From positions 62,001-126,000 of the forward strand of contig RHPI01002368.1 in assembly GCA_009103225.1 (NCBI GenBank): 64,000 bases of DNA, written 5' to 3'. The position numbers and the translations under genes are program-made. Source of the DNA: Chlorokybus atmophyticus. Taxonomy: Eukaryota > Plantae > Mesostigma and Chlorokybus algae. Below the pieces are notes generated by a model. That model saw only the letters and a program-made list of their open reading frames with translations. It was not told the origin of the DNA and searched no databases. Shown piece by piece: positions 51,540 to 64,000 of the stretch (within the stretch, counting starts at the first letter, position 1; every line of letters starts with the position of its first letter).

Positions 51540-52064
51540 CCGCCATCAGTTTTGCTGGAGAGGTTGCAAACCTGGAGGACTATTGTAATGCAGACTTTGC
51601 AGCAGATGTTGACAAGCGCAAGTCCACATCTGGGTGTGCGTTCTTGCTAAATGAAAGTTTGGTGAGCTGGAATTCGAAGCTTCAAGCTACTGTGGCAGTT
51701 TATATTGCTGAGGTTCAGTACATGTACTCAACCGTGTATACATTGCGGCATCACATGCTTTGAAGGAGGCTTTATGGCTAAGAAATTTGATGGCTAATGT
51801 GGGCTACGAGGAGAGCTGTGTGAAGCTCCACTATGATAATCAAAGTGCCATCAAGCTGACGAAGCACCCGGTTGCTTTAGTCCGGGCCAAGCACATAGAT
51901 GTGGTTCATTATTTTGTGCGCGAGAGGGCTGCAAAGAAGGAGGTCACATTTATATACTGCAAGACCGCTGGCATGCTGGCTGACATCATAATCAAGGCTC
52001 TTCCTTTGCAAAGTTCAAGACATGTTGCTCGCGTCTTGACACTTCCTGACTGCCTGCATGGGAG
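51540..52064 (+). mobile_element. Ty1/copia RNase H 3' fragment followed by PPT and LTR start (TGTTG at 52065)
   Basis: ADFAADVDKRKSTSG, SWNSKLQATVA, KEALWLRNL, DNQSAIKL, RAKHIDVVHYFVRE, MLADIIIKAL, then gggag|TGTTG. Confidence 0.88.
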
Positions 52065-52439
52065 TGTTGAACTTAGACCTACCTGGTCTATTCTACTAAT
52101 TTAGACCTGTTTATGACTTATTCAATCATGAAAATGCTTGGTTTTGAACTCGGTGTATGTGATAGCATAGACTAATATGGTTAGTCGACATTGATGTTAC
52201 TTGTTTGCATGTTTTGTACAGCACATATCGAGCCTAGACTTATTAAGTTTAAATGTGCTGCTGTACTGAGCTTGGAACTGGAGAGAGACCTCACTTGTAA
52301 GTCTGGAGTCTGGCACACTTCTTCGGCAGCTAGGATTTGTATGCTGTGCATGGTTGCATGCAAGGGTGCAACTAGATGTGTATGAGCTTGCACGTTACAG
52401 CTGTCACGCCTCCTGAGTTGCATACACTTGATAGACCCG

Positions 52440-53954
52440 TCTGAACTTGTTTGGACCCACTACGCCAGCCTGAGTGCTCAAGCTTTTCCGATCAGAGTTT
52501 GAAGGTTGTGACGGGCTCCGCCTTACTCTTCACACAAGGTGCTGAAGAAACAAGGCTTTAATGCAAATTTGGCTGATGTGAGCTTGTTTTTTACAAGACC
52601 AAAAGGATGTGGTTGTTGTTGTATGTGGATGACATCCTGATTGCGGCATCAGGAATGTCCGATGTTCAGCGAGCAAAGACTTGGGTGAAGGCTGCATTTG
52701 ATTGTTAAAATCTCGCGAGACCACATACTTTCTCAGTATGATTGTCACAAGGAGTTGAGCTTTAGGAGCTGCAGTCATCAATATCATCCAGTAGTAGATG
52801 GGGAGGCAGCTGGTGGCACAGTTTGTTTTGGACCACGCCAAGATGAGAGAAGTACCCCTGAATGTGGGAGCTCACTTGGATAGAGCCAGAAATAGTGATG
52901 AGGAGTTAGACAAGCAGAAGTATTCCTATTGTGAGCTTGTTGGCAGCCTTCTTTACTTGTCAATGGCATTAACACCAGACATCGCACATGCTGTATGACA
53001 TGTAGCGTGCTCTTGCAGGCTACAGTGTCAGCCTTTGGTTGGCAGTAAAGGGAGTGCTGCGCTACTTGTTGACAACAGCGGCAACGGGCATCAAGTATGG
53101 CCAGGGCAGTGTGGAACTGCAAGGCTACTGTGATGCGGACTATGCTGGTGTTGTTGATACCGAAGGTCAACTACTGGCTATGTGTACAAGCTTGGTGGTG
53201 GCGTAATCAGCAAGTTACATCCTACTGTGGCTGCATCCACTACAAAAACAGAGTACATGGCATGTGCTTCAGCTGCAAAGGAAGCACTTTGGCTTACGAC
53301 ATAAATGGCGGATCATGGACACCCTTTGGAGAGCGTGAAGATCTACCGCAACTATTAGGAAGCTGTGAAGTTGTTAAAGAACCCAATTCTCTCAGCAAGG
53401 AGCAAGCACACCAATGTGCATCATCACTTTGTGAGAGACGGAGTGGGGAGAGGAATGTTGAAGTGTAGCTACCGCAGGACCGAAGACATGCTGGATGACT
53501 TCCTGACTAAGACATTGTCTATTTAGAAATCCAAAACATGCTATAAAGGGCTAGGCATTTTAAGTTGAAGCGAAGGCTTGAAGACTTGGAACGAGAAGCT
53601 AGCCAAGCTGCTTGCATGGGAGTGTTGAGAATACATCATGTTATGTATGGTTTATGACTCTCATAACTTGCATGCAGTCAGCTTGTCTATTAGGACTCTA
53701 AGTAGTTTATGTAGTGACATTAGATAAGCTACTCGACACTGCGGTTGTGTATAGCTTGTTGGCAGTTAGGAGTGATCTAGTCCGGGCTGGACTTGCGGTA
53801 GGACCCACAGTCAGGGCTTGGAGCCGACACAGCCCGCGTCCTTTCAGTGTAGTCTACTCTCGGGTCAGTTCTCTGTGCAACGCAGTATAAGCTCAACCAT
53901 TGCGTTTGTATGTTGTATGCTGTGCATGGTTGCATGCAATCGCTCCGGTCAACA
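52440..53954 (+). mobile_element. Second Ty1/copia RT-RNase H fragment with 3' LTR (53623-53954, TGTTG...CAACA)
   Basis: LYVDDILIA, YCELVGSLLYLS, PDIAHAV, GYCDADYAG, and SKHTNVHHHFVRDG-like text, with many frameshifts. PPT gggag precedes TGTTG at 53623; the LTR ends CAACA at 53954. Confidence 0.82.
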
Positions 53955-54850
53955 TGCCTTTGACCATGTCTTCAGCCAGCAAACGTTTGAGGTTGTTGTC
54001 GCCAAGATGCCTGAACTTTACATGCCATAGTTCAGCCGTTTCCTTCTCCTTCACCACGTTGGCGTTAATGCTATGAGGACGGCTCCACGGTGTAGAGCCC
54101 TCCTGGCGCGATGCCAACCATATCTACAACCCCATCCATGAGCACAAAGCATCGACCCTCTCGGATCATAATCTCAGCGCCCACGCGCTCAGCAATTCTC
54201 ACAGAGATAAGACTAGTAGCACCCGCAGGAACTTGTAGACACTCTCTCAGCAAGACCTCTCTCACACTTACACAGTACCTCAACCTTGCGGTTGAGCCGC
54301 ACTTCACCCACGCCTACAGCTTCTAGCATGTGACCACCAAAGCCCTCCACTGTCGTTGCGGTTTGCAGCTTTCTGTAGTTCTCCATGACCTCCACATGTG
54401 GTGTCAGGTGCTCGTTGCATCCAAAGTCTATTGCCCATGACGTGGTGGACATCTTTTTAAATGTAGTGAAGGTTACGCTCTTTCCTTGCGTTGGTCGCTG
54501 TTGTTGATGCTAATGCTGGCTTTTCGTTGACGCTTGTAACAGTCTTCAAAAATGTGACCCTTCACGTTAGTAGTTGCATGTGAGGTTCTCGTGCCTGATG
54601 TTGTTGTTGCCGCTTTTGCCTTTGTTCTTCTCTTGATGGTTGTAGGGTTTCTTGTTGTTTGCGTGGAAGGCGACAGCGTCTGTGTGCTCGTCCTTCTTCA
54701 CTACACATTGCTCCACCGTCAACAACTTGAGCAACACATCGTCCATGGTCAGCTTCGATCACGATGTTCGCGGCCGCAACCCGATTCCTCGCGACATTGT
54801 TCACGGCAACAATGTGGTTTGTGGTGAACATCATCGCTGGTTTAATAAAA
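53955..54850 (-). mobile_element. Ty1/copia gag-protease-pre-integrase fragment (opposite orientation)
   Basis: Broken CCHC knuckle (CNY*..GHIFEDC), protease WAIDFGCNEHLT, VEGFGG, GGLYT-like and LWHVKFRHLGDNNLKRL. Truncated exactly at the CAACA LTR end. Confidence 0.8.
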
Positions 54851-57524
54851 TCTTAATGTTAAGTTTTAAGTTAGCATTACTTTTCAAGTCGTAACCCTTG
54901 CGTTATTCATTGAATATCTCTGCACGTAACGTGGCAGAATTGTCAGTAATTAATCTACTACCTTAATGAGTGTATTACATGCCCATATTATGGGCATTAT
55001 AATATGAAACAATATGCAGCCATTTGTGCACCATGGTGTGCTCACATTCAATATCTATTCGCTTATACTTTGAGCAGCATAAAGTGAGGATGTGCTCTGG
55101 ACGGTCGAGATCTCTTTTCAACAGATCGAACGGCCGATAGCTGATGAGTCGCCGCCTAGCCAATGAGAGGTGGGCGAGCAGCGCATACCACGCAGCCCTG
55201 CAGTCGCGGGTGCCGTCTGTGATTGCCACTGATGGCCCTTGACCCTAGTGTGATGCGCGTGTGATGTGTTTGTGGGCCCTAATGCCGGCCGGCCCAATCG
55301 CCCCAGCCGCACCGCGTGGTTTGCATACTTGACTGCCATGTGATAAAGGCGCTTGCCTGAGTGCCAGCGTGGGACGTGTGTAGCCGACTGTGCCCATTCC
55401 ACCCCTGCCGCTCCGAACACGAGCCTTTCGGCCGGAAGATGGGTCTTGGACCACGACGAGCCCGATCCCGGGCTCGGTGCCTCGTGAGTCGCGACCGACA
55501 CGCCCTGCCCGGCAGGCGTTACGGCCCTTCATACGGCGGGGGCCGCGCGCGCGTCCGCTCGCGGTGCATAACTGCGCAAGCCTTGTGCGGCCTTTGCAAG
55601 CAGCATTTCTGCTTGACACGGGCTTAGTCAGCCTGCTGACAGATGCTGCGCAGCTCAGAGCAGCTCGCCGACGACGACGAGAGTCGCTTGCTTCCTGTGG
55701 CTGCGTGTGCATGTGGCTGGCCGCCGGACGTCATCCCCAGCACAGCATGACGATGTCTCCGGCCTGGCGGCTGTCTCTGCTGCTGCTGCTGCTGCTGCTG
55801 CTGGGCTCAGGTGAGAATAGCCTGCTGTTGAGCGCTTGCGTGTGGGGCAAGTAGACTGCCTACAATATTCATGCCTGCCTTTACCAGTTGCAATGCTCTC
55901 TATTCTTGGGCTCTCACATCGTGTTGATGTGCCTGCGCTAATGTTTCTAAATGCACGCAGCCCGCCAGGCGTCTGCTGTATCCAATCAGGAAGGTAAGTC
56001 GTAGTCTGCTACAACATAGCCACTTGCGTGCAGCACCAGCCTTGACATGGACTGCGATGTACGCTCACACTTACTGGCACCATGCATGGGCAGTTGCGGC
56101 TCTCCGTTTGCTACAGGACAATCTATCCTACCACGATTACCAATGCAACAAGGAGGTGAAGGGGATCCCTGGCTGGCCATCTAACCTGACAGGCTATGAC
56201 GTCTGCACCCTGCCTGAAATTCGTTTCGACGATGGAGTTATCAGAGCCTGTGAGTGACAACACGTTACGGTGCTCATTCTCTGAAACCCCCCTACCTGCT
56301 GTTATCGCTGAGTCAATCAGTCTTGATGCATTGCATGTTTATCAGGAGGTTGGATAGGATGAATCTCCACAACAACAATCGTTGTTTTAACCGCGCTCAA
56401 TGACCTCGTCAATCCACAGCAAATGTAAGTGTGCTGCACAAACATATTCAACGTGCTTTGCAAGTTGATTTGAAACACGGCTATAGGCTGCTAGATTCAG
56501 CCCAACCCACACGCAAAAGTCGTTCCAAAACACAATCCAATATTCACAGATGCGTTGTGTTGCGCAGATTCCTCTCATACAATGCGTTCAGTAGACCATT
56601 TACATCGCTTCCAGGCCGGAGACACCACCCGAGGTGGTGTCTCCGGCCTAGAAGCGATGTAAGTCTCTGTTGAGTGTTATGCGAGAGCTCTGTGTGCGCT
56701 CCAAGAAGCTACTACATGCATCGGTTGCGTATTTGCTCACGCGCAAACCTTCCAACCTTTGCATTGCTATGGTTGTCATGTCAGCGATGTTACGACTGAC
56801 GTATGCATCCTTGTGGATGTGCAGGTATTCTGAAACCAATCAATTCTTCGGTGCGATACCGTCTGACACTACAAAATCAGGGCGGTATTCAGACGTTGAG
56901 AAATCAGCTGTAAGTAGCTTACAATCAGTCACAAAGGTCTCCTACCACTACGACTTTGAATGTCAGTCCTAATGTCAGACGTTTGCACCTGACAGTCATG
57001 CTTACATTAGCTCCTCACCGTTGATACCAGTGAAACTGAAAGTCAGCGTTTTGTGACTGACTGTCATGCACTTCGTTATGCTAGAATTTAGTCATTATGA
57101 CTTGAATTTGTGTTATGCATTGCACACATGCAACGGCTTGCATTCGCACTTGAAGTGCTGGCATTCAGCACCCAACATGTACAAGCAATGCGCTTGTATT
57201 TATACTTGCATTGCTGCTAATCAGCGCCCAATGTTTGAACGCAGCAACTGCACCACCAAGTGCTATTCACGAACGCTACGACTCAAGTGCTGGTGATCAG
57301 CTCTTGAGCGCTAACTACAAGGATGTATCAGGTAGCTATCAAGCCGCTACACACACGTAACCAGCTAGTCAAAAACTGTCAGACGTTCATGCGCGTCACC
57401 GGCCTGCGCGCGCGGGGCCCCACCTTCTGCACCACCTTGGCCTCGCTGCAAAAGCCATTCTCGCACACCGCGCAGCCCTGACCATCACACGCTTTGTGGC
57501 GCACCATGTCAACCGGTGCTGCGG

Positions 57525-59830
57525 TGCACAAACTGTTGGTGAACATCTTGGCGCATAATTAACACACATACAGCTTCAAGCACTTTTGTCTTAACTTACC
57601 AATATATGCTTCCGGCCATGCGATGCGGGATCCTATCTCCACATCCTTGATCTTTGTCCACGAGTTGGTCTTGATGGGCAGATTGGCATTGCCCAGCAGC
57701 GCCTCATCAAACCACACTGCAATCTCACCTAGTGGACAAACAATTCTCAATATCAACCCAGTCATAAGCCAATACCCACCCACCCACCCACGCATGCACG
57801 CACGTGTGTGCGCGTGCACGCATGCGTGCGCGCACACACACGAACAGCCTGTTCTGAGACGCTACCTGTCTGCAGCACGTGGTTGTGGACATTACCACTC
57901 CCCTCAGTGCAGCGCCGCGCCTTACCCACTGGCTTTGCACCTCGGCTCAACCACATGTGCACTTGTGAGAATGACTGATCGTTCTCCTTGTCACCAGTCC
58001 GCCGAGCTTTCCCAATCACTGTGATTACCAACACCGTGTGATTGTACAGAGTGCGTGCTGAGTTGTGACGTTCTCTAACTTACATCAAGAAGCTGGTCGT
58101 CCAAGGAGATGTTCGTTGCTTGGCTACATGCAACGGGTTGAGGCCCTGGGCAGCTGCTTGCCGCGGCACTCTTGTTCAACTGTTCCTGCAATGGGACCCT
58201 TGCTGGTTTTTGAGTCGGTTGTGGAGCTGGTTTTTGGGCTGTCTGAGCGCGCCCGTTATCTTGTGGTTTCTTTGCTTTGCTTGTCACTTTGCCTGCAGCC
58301 TGCGCTCAATAATATAAACCACAAGCAGCCATGCAACATGACAGCAAGTTAGCGTAAGCATCAAGCTCACCTTGCGCTTCCTGTAATGAGCACGGTTTGA
58401 CATTGTGCGCCGCAGGATGTACTTGAGCTCCTTGTCATCATAGTCCGGGAACTCGATGTTCAGAACTCTGTAGTCGATCATTCAATGAATCTATGATGTG
58501 CAAGACAAGCACATACCTTACCTACCTCATGATCGCGTCAACTATGCCTTGCTTCTGGTGCTGAAGGCGTATGCCTTTCTCAAGGAAGGCATCACGCAAA
58601 GCTTTGGCACGCTCCTGTCGCAGGGTCATGCGGCATGGGCATCACGCAAAGCTTTGCACGCTCTAATGAATGTGAGAGAAACGTAGCTGCAAAGTTGCAA
58701 GCTGTGCCACATTCTCACCCTAGCCGCATGCTTGTACACGTCCTCACCGCATAGATGGCGTGGCTCGTGTGGCTGCGAAAGAGCCATGAGGTTCACCAGA
58801 TTCCCACGTTTCTGTACACACAGCCATGTACACTGCTGAAACATAAGGCAACATAGAACAACATAAAACATCATAGTCAACATGGATCTACACTTGCAGT
58901 CACCACCTCAGCAGCTCTCCAAGCCTCGTCTTTGTGCTCATCAAGCTGCCCAGCTTCCTGGTGCTCACCAGTTGTTGCCGTCGGTGCTGCAATTGGCAAA
59001 CCATTGGTGAGCGAAGCATGCTGTAGCTGCGGATAAGCATGTACATCAACTTGACAATGTTGTTGCTGCTTGCTACTTGAAGTAGCAAGCAACATTGTCA
59101 CTCTTATGTCTGATAGTGTAGGCAGCAAACAGTGCAAGAAGCATACAATCGGTACCAATGGACAAAGCTAGCAAGCAACTCCACCAAGTTGGCTACGTAG
59201 CTAATGTACAAGGTTAGCTATTCACACTGGTGGCACCAACAGACCCAAGCTAGCTAGCACTTCATCAACAACATTAGTGTCGGGCAGTTACTGCTTAGCA
59301 AGCAGTCACTTAATGGTTAACAGTGTGTTCAGCGGTTAGTGCTCAAGATCAGCATGCTGCTTGGATAATGCACTGCATCTTGCCTGACATTGCTGAGCAT
59401 GAAGCCTAGGCCTGTTCACCTGTTTCGTGACGAGTAACTGGAGCAACACGGTACGAGGAGCTTGCAGGCTGCCGCTCAGCACGATGTTGCTCAGCTAGCT
59501 GTGCGTCTAGCTGAAGCACTTGCGCAGCTTGCTTTCTCCTTCTCTCATCTTCTGCTGCAACCACTCGTCTGGCCTCCTCTACTTTCTCAGGGCTGATTGC
59601 CTGAAACTCTGACAGATTGTTTATCACAAATCTGGCTAGCACTAACTGCATTCTGACTAGCTCTCGTACAAGTATGCCCCCTTGCCAGTGTCACCTTTGG
59701 TTTCTACTGCTGCTTGCTACTACTGTCGCCTTGCTACTAGTGCCGCCTGCTGTTAGCAACTTCTGTGGAGCTTGCTACTCGTAGAGCAACTGCCGTCTGC
59801 TGGCTAGTGCCGCCTGCTCTTGCCTGCCAG
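57525..59830 (-). pseudogene. TnpA/Tnp1-like ORF of the second CACTA
   Basis: Multi-exon: LVLARFVINNLSEFQAISPEKVEEARR...; DYRVLNIEFPDYDDKELKYILRRTMSNR; C-terminal GAKPVGKARRCTEGSGNVHNHVLQT^GEIAVWFDEALLGNANLPIKTNSWTKIKDVEIGSRIAWP (Transposase_23-like). Stops present. Confidence 0.65.
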
Positions 59831-60579
59831 CTGAAACTGTTGTTCTCTATGCTGTTCTGTATGCTGCCTTGGGCGCTGGGCTCTTCCCATGCATGTGTAG
59901 CCGGCCATGCACTGCAGAGAGTTTTTTGCTAACAGTATTACCTAAGTATATAGCCCCTTTTATAGCCCCTTTTATGGCCCTAGGGTTTGCTACAACAACA
60001 GCGGCGGCATGCATGCGGTACGCAGGGTTCGCCGGCGGCGAGGCATAGAGGGGAGTGGTTGAATAGGCGTAGACAGTGAGGTTGCGCGGGTCTCGGAGAG
60101 CAAGGGAGAGAACAGCCAGCGGGGGGAGCAGCGAGGCATAAAGAACAGTCCCATCACAAGCCATGCATGGCATGCAATGTAGTATCGATAAACATGCTGG
60201 GTCTGCTGGCGGCAGCGGGAGTGGCGGTGAGAGGCATAGAGAATTATGCGGAGAGAGGACAGGTGGAAGACACTGGTGGGTAGCGTGTTGATTGCTCTGG
60301 TGTTGTCATTTTGAGTATGTTTTTGCTATGCTAGTATACTAGTACATGACTATTACTGCTGACTGTGGCATATTACTATGCTGCACAGCATAATCAGTGA
60401 CATTATGCAAATGTATATGCACCCGCAAGCATGCTGCTGAATGTGCGCACGCACAAGCGCACACACATGCTTATGCGTGCACAAGCGCACGCACACAGGT
60501 GCTGGCCGTGATCAACTCAGGGGTTAAACATGTTTGGCATGTACTGGTGTGTGGCAAAACATAAGACTGTACATGTATG

Positions 60580-61480
60580 TTGCCAGGTTACTGGATGAAG
60601 TGAACAGATTGCGTCAACAGAGTCAAGTCAAGCAGCGCGGTAGGCACGGCAAGCACATGCGCAATGGGTCGGAAAAGGATGATGTTGATGCTGCCACGAT
60701 GTTGCAACAACAGTCGGATCTCTTGCACAAGTATAGCCACAAGGCCCGTGCCATGTTCTTGGGTTGCCCGGCTGAGTGCAGCGCGTACTCACACATGACA
60801 GTTGAGGGCAAGCACTACATGGACAGCACAGAAGGACAAAGACAAGGTGACTTTTGACTGTGGTGTGGAGGCGGGTTTTCAATGCGAGTATGTGAGTCGC
60901 CGCAGTGATAACCATCCTGTTCGAGCGATCCTACCTTTTTGGGGCGTTTTGCTCAACATATTCCACATTGACTATCTCGGAGCTGAGGTGAGCAGTGTTG
61001 CATGTAACTTCCAACCTTCACGCACATGGTACTTTGTGTTGAGGTGCGTTATTAATGCAGCTGTTACTTTGCCGCGTGAAGTGGTTCAAGAAGCAATCTG
61101 AAAACCAACAACCCTCAGTCACAGACACGGGGAGGTTCTGGGTGCATCGAAACCAGTTTTTCAAGGAGAAAGAGGAGCCCTACATTGAGGCGGATCGCCT
61201 CACAGGGCAAGTGTTCTTTGCCATGCCGACTGTGGCAGACTGTGACAGGCTGATAGTGCTTGAGAAGGAGGTGGCCACGAGAGTGGCATCCCTCAAGTCG
61301 GTGAGGCCTCGCATGGAGGATCCACCTCCTCCTGCTGATGCGGAGGAGAGGCGCTCTTCAATGTCTGCTTGCGCACGTGATGAACTACTGCGACAAGCGC
61401 GTGAAGCCTTCAAGGTGGGAGATGCAGCAGCTGTCGGCGAAGGTGAAGAAGAGATGGAGGAGGACAGCGACACAGGTACA
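60580..61480 (+). pseudogene. TnpD C-terminal fragment (DUF4216-like) of the second CACTA; catalytic 5' part absent
   Basis: TFDCGVEAGF...PFWGVLLNIFHIDY, LLCRVKWFKK...TGRFWVH...EEPYIEADRLTGQVFFA. No Transposase_21 core found between the telo-box at ~59980 and this fragment. Confidence 0.7.
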
Positions 61481-62439
61481 TGGTTGAACGCCATGACTGG
61501 TTGGTTGTACAACCAATTACACACATGAATGTTCTGTGCATTCACACAAGTCATTGACACGCTTGACTAGTCACAAGAGCGCACAGGCAAACTAACTGTC
61601 CGCTAATTAGGTGACGAACTTGACGACGACAGCAACTGAGTGGAGTCGTGTGGGATGGTGTTGGTAGCGCTGTTAGTACATGCAGCGCATTGCGACAAGA
61701 TACTGTCAACAGCAGGCCAGTTGATAGCAACAGCAAGGGCAAGGACAACACGTGTACTTGCAATCGAGCATCAACGAGTGATTGATCATTGTTTATTATG
61801 GGCCTTGTGCTGAAATTCACGCGCTATGTATGCGCTTAATTCGCAATCACAACTTGCATTCAGTTGCTAGTTGTTAACAACTTACATTCAAACGTTTGTG
61901 CATCGAATATTCAGCTGCGCAGCTGAATGTGACTACCAAAAGTCTGATCTGAGTCAAGGCCAGGTGACAAGGTCAGTCCCTAGCAACTCAAGTTCAGCTG
62001 CGCCTTCAGTCGTTAATGTCTGACTGCTACCAATGTGCTGCAATTCAGTTCCGTGACAACTGAATGTCAGCTGCACACAGCTGAAATTCTAACGTCTGAA
62101 ACAGGCAATATTTTTGTAGTGTGAGCGGGGCAGCTTAGTTAACCTTAACGTTATGTAAGTGGTGGTCGTCATTCGTACGGGCTTGTCTCGTGAGTTAATT
62201 TGCTTCGTCTTACACGCTGCTGAAAGCGTCCTTGATTGTCAGCATGTAATGACATGCGGACATTTGTATCCATGAGCAGATCTCTTGCAGAAAATAATCT
62301 TTCCGGACCTTTGCCGAGCACCTCGAGCAACCTGGCCAATCTTTACATCTTGTAAGTTGCAACTTTGCTCAACCCGGCGGTTTCTTGCAAAAGTTGTGTC
62401 ATTGCCAATTGCGGCAGCCGGCGTGATGCATCTGCAACT

Positions 62440-63010
62440 CTTGCTCTTGTACTCTTGCTCTTGCTCTTGACTTCGTTGATACTAATATTGGCTCACCCTG
62501 CCCATCATCACCCTCTCCGCCTCCTCCACCATCGCCTCCTCCTTCACCTCCTCAATCAGTTTGCAACAAACAGCCAGCGGCAGGGCAATGGAAGTGCGGG
62601 GGCAAACACAACAACCGCTCTCTCACTTTCATATGCGGTTTGAAAAGAGGTTCGAGCGCCGCCTGCAGCTGCAAGTGCCAGCGCACAGACCATTGCCAGT
62701 TCAGTTGGTGTTTCAATGAAAGACAGCGCGCCTGCAACTTGTACGCGTAGGCTGATGCGCCCGATTGCCTCGCTTATGATGGCAACCTCCGCGCGAGGAA
62801 GTCTGAGTGGGTGTCCGGCAACCTGTGCAACTAAAGCTTCTTTCGAAACAGTACTAGTTGCGCCACAAATAGGGTGGCGTGATAGCTTGTAGCGTTGACT
62901 CCACCCGTATACTGCCCTTCCTTGAACTGCTCTCTTGCGGTTTGTTGTGGTTATAGTTACAATGCTGGTCACACTCATTACAAGGCTTGCCAAAGCTGCC
63001 AGTGGACAGC
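62440..63010 (+). pseudogene. Pro-rich linker plus Cys-rich PAN/Apple-like fragments, possibly the 3' part of the LRR gene
   Basis: GSPCPSSPSPPPPPSPPPSPPQSVC...ACSCKCQRTDHCQFSWCFNERQRACNLYA*. The Cys spacing resembles a PAN module; stops follow. Confidence 0.4.
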
Positions 63011-63118
63011 TGATCCCACCATGCTACGTATTGGCAGTCTCAACTATGGTTGCGCTCTCCCGCCCCCCCGCTCCCGCCCCCCCGCTCCCGCCCCCCCGCT
63101 CTCGCCCCCCCGCTCTCG

Positions 63119-63524
63119 NNNNNNNNNNNNNNNNNNNNNNNNNNNNNNNNNNNNNNNNNNNNNNNNNNNNNNNNNNNNNNNNNNNNNNNNNNNNNNNNNN
63201 NNNNNNNNNNNNNNNNNNNNNNNNNNNNNNNNNNNNNNNNNNNNNNNNNNNNNNNNNNNNNNNNNNNNNNNNNNNNNNNNNNNNNNNNNNNNNNNNNNNN
63301 NNNNNNNNNNNNNNNNNNNNNNNNNNNNNNNNNNNNNNNNNNNNNNNNNNNNNNNNNNNNNNNNNNNNNNNNNNNNNNNNNNNNNNNNNNNNNNNNNNNN
63401 NNNNNNNNNNNNNNNNNNNNNNNNNNNNNNNNNNNNNNNNNNNNNNNNNNNNNNNNNNNNNNNNNNNNNNNNNNNNNNNNNNNNNNNNNNNNNNNNNNNN
63501 NNNNNNNNNNNNNNNNNNNNNNNN
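63119..63524. other. Assembly gap (N run) flanked by C-rich and (CT)n simple repeats
   Basis: Direct. Confidence 1.
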
Positions 63525-64000
63525 CTCTCGCTCTCTCTCTCTCGCTCGCTCTCTCTCTCTCGCTCTCTCTCTCTCTCTCGCTCTCTCGGTGGGTGGGTGG
63601 GTGGGTGGGCGTGTGTGGGCGTGTGCATGTGTGCGCTAAGCCCTTCCAAAGTAGGTGCCAAAACTTGAGTGCCAAAGCACTTCAAGTGCTTGTGTGTGTA
63701 ACTTTCAAGTCGAAAGATACACACAAAGTATATTGATCGTTCCGATTGCTTGAGAAGGTAGTAAGCAATGTCAGATGCGTGTGCTGCAGAAGTGTAACTT
63801 AAAGCTTGTGAGAGTATGCGTTTAAGAGTGAAGGAGTGGGCGAGTTTGGTGTGTGCGTGCTAAGCACTCACAGCCAACGCAATGCATGCACAATCAGTCG
63901 CAGTTTCATGTACAGCGATAACTACAGATTCAGTCAAGTTGCAATTTGACCATGTGTACGCTAGCGTTGAAGCCATCAGTACGTCCGTACAGCAGAGCCA

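Larger units (their letters stand above)
56867..62121 (+). mobile_element. Second CACTA element, 5,255 bp, internally deleted
   Basis: Left CACTACAAAATCAGGGCGGTATTCAGACGTTGAGAAATCAGCTG; reverse complement of right end CACTACAAAAATATTGCCTGTTTCAGACGTTAGAATTTCAGCTG. TSD TGA at 56864-66 and 62122-24. TCAG/CTGA-rich subterminal repeats. Confidence 0.93.
55748..62350 (+). pseudogene. Secreted plant-type LRR gene, decayed and split by a CACTA insertion
   Basis: Signal peptide MTMSPAWRLSLLLLLLLLLGS and Cys-containing cap exon. LRR exons MNLHNNN, FLSYNAFSRP, NQFFGAIPS|ERGSLVNLNV (rejoined across 56867-62121) and ENNLSGPLPSTSSNLANLYIL (~62290-62350). Confidence 0.7.

Noticed and set aside
57350-57550. 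Cys-rich minus-strand frame (CDGQGCAVCENGFC) near the left end of the second CACTA
   Set aside because: Not in frame with the predicted TnpA-like splice junction and too short to assign.

Overview
Intron-rich eukaryotic DNA, most likely a green alga or streptophyte alga (inferred from a plant-type RPS15, ECA-type Ca-ATPase, plant-type LRRs and telo-boxes; the species cannot be fixed from sequence alone). One clearly intact housekeeping gene (RPS15, 8117-9170) sits among transposons and small or decayed secreted-protein genes: a G8-like gene, two head-to-head CBM14-like genes, and pseudogenes of a malectin protein, a papain-extensin protein, an LRR protein and an ECA/SERCA pump. The dominant feature is a 22,398-bp CACTA/EnSpm DNA transposon (21577-43974). 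Its ends are fixed by imperfect TIRs, a 3-bp TAA target duplication and an empty-site paralogue at 44850. It carries (i) a TnpD transposase that splices in frame into a PHD/C5HCH-SIM-Ulp1 SUMO-protease module, (ii) a zinc finger-Tudor-prokaryote-type C5 cytosine methyltransferase gene, (iii) an OTU deubiquitinase gene with a duplicated unknown domain, a coiled coil and a retrotransposon Gag-capsid-like domain, (iv) a divergently oriented TnpA-like gene and (v) an orphan gene. A second, internally deleted CACTA (56867-62121, TGA TSD) splits an LRR exon. An intron-containing pogo element (1321-3886) and nested Copia remnants (about 51540-54850) are also present. All domain calls come from motif recognition by eye; no database searches were run.
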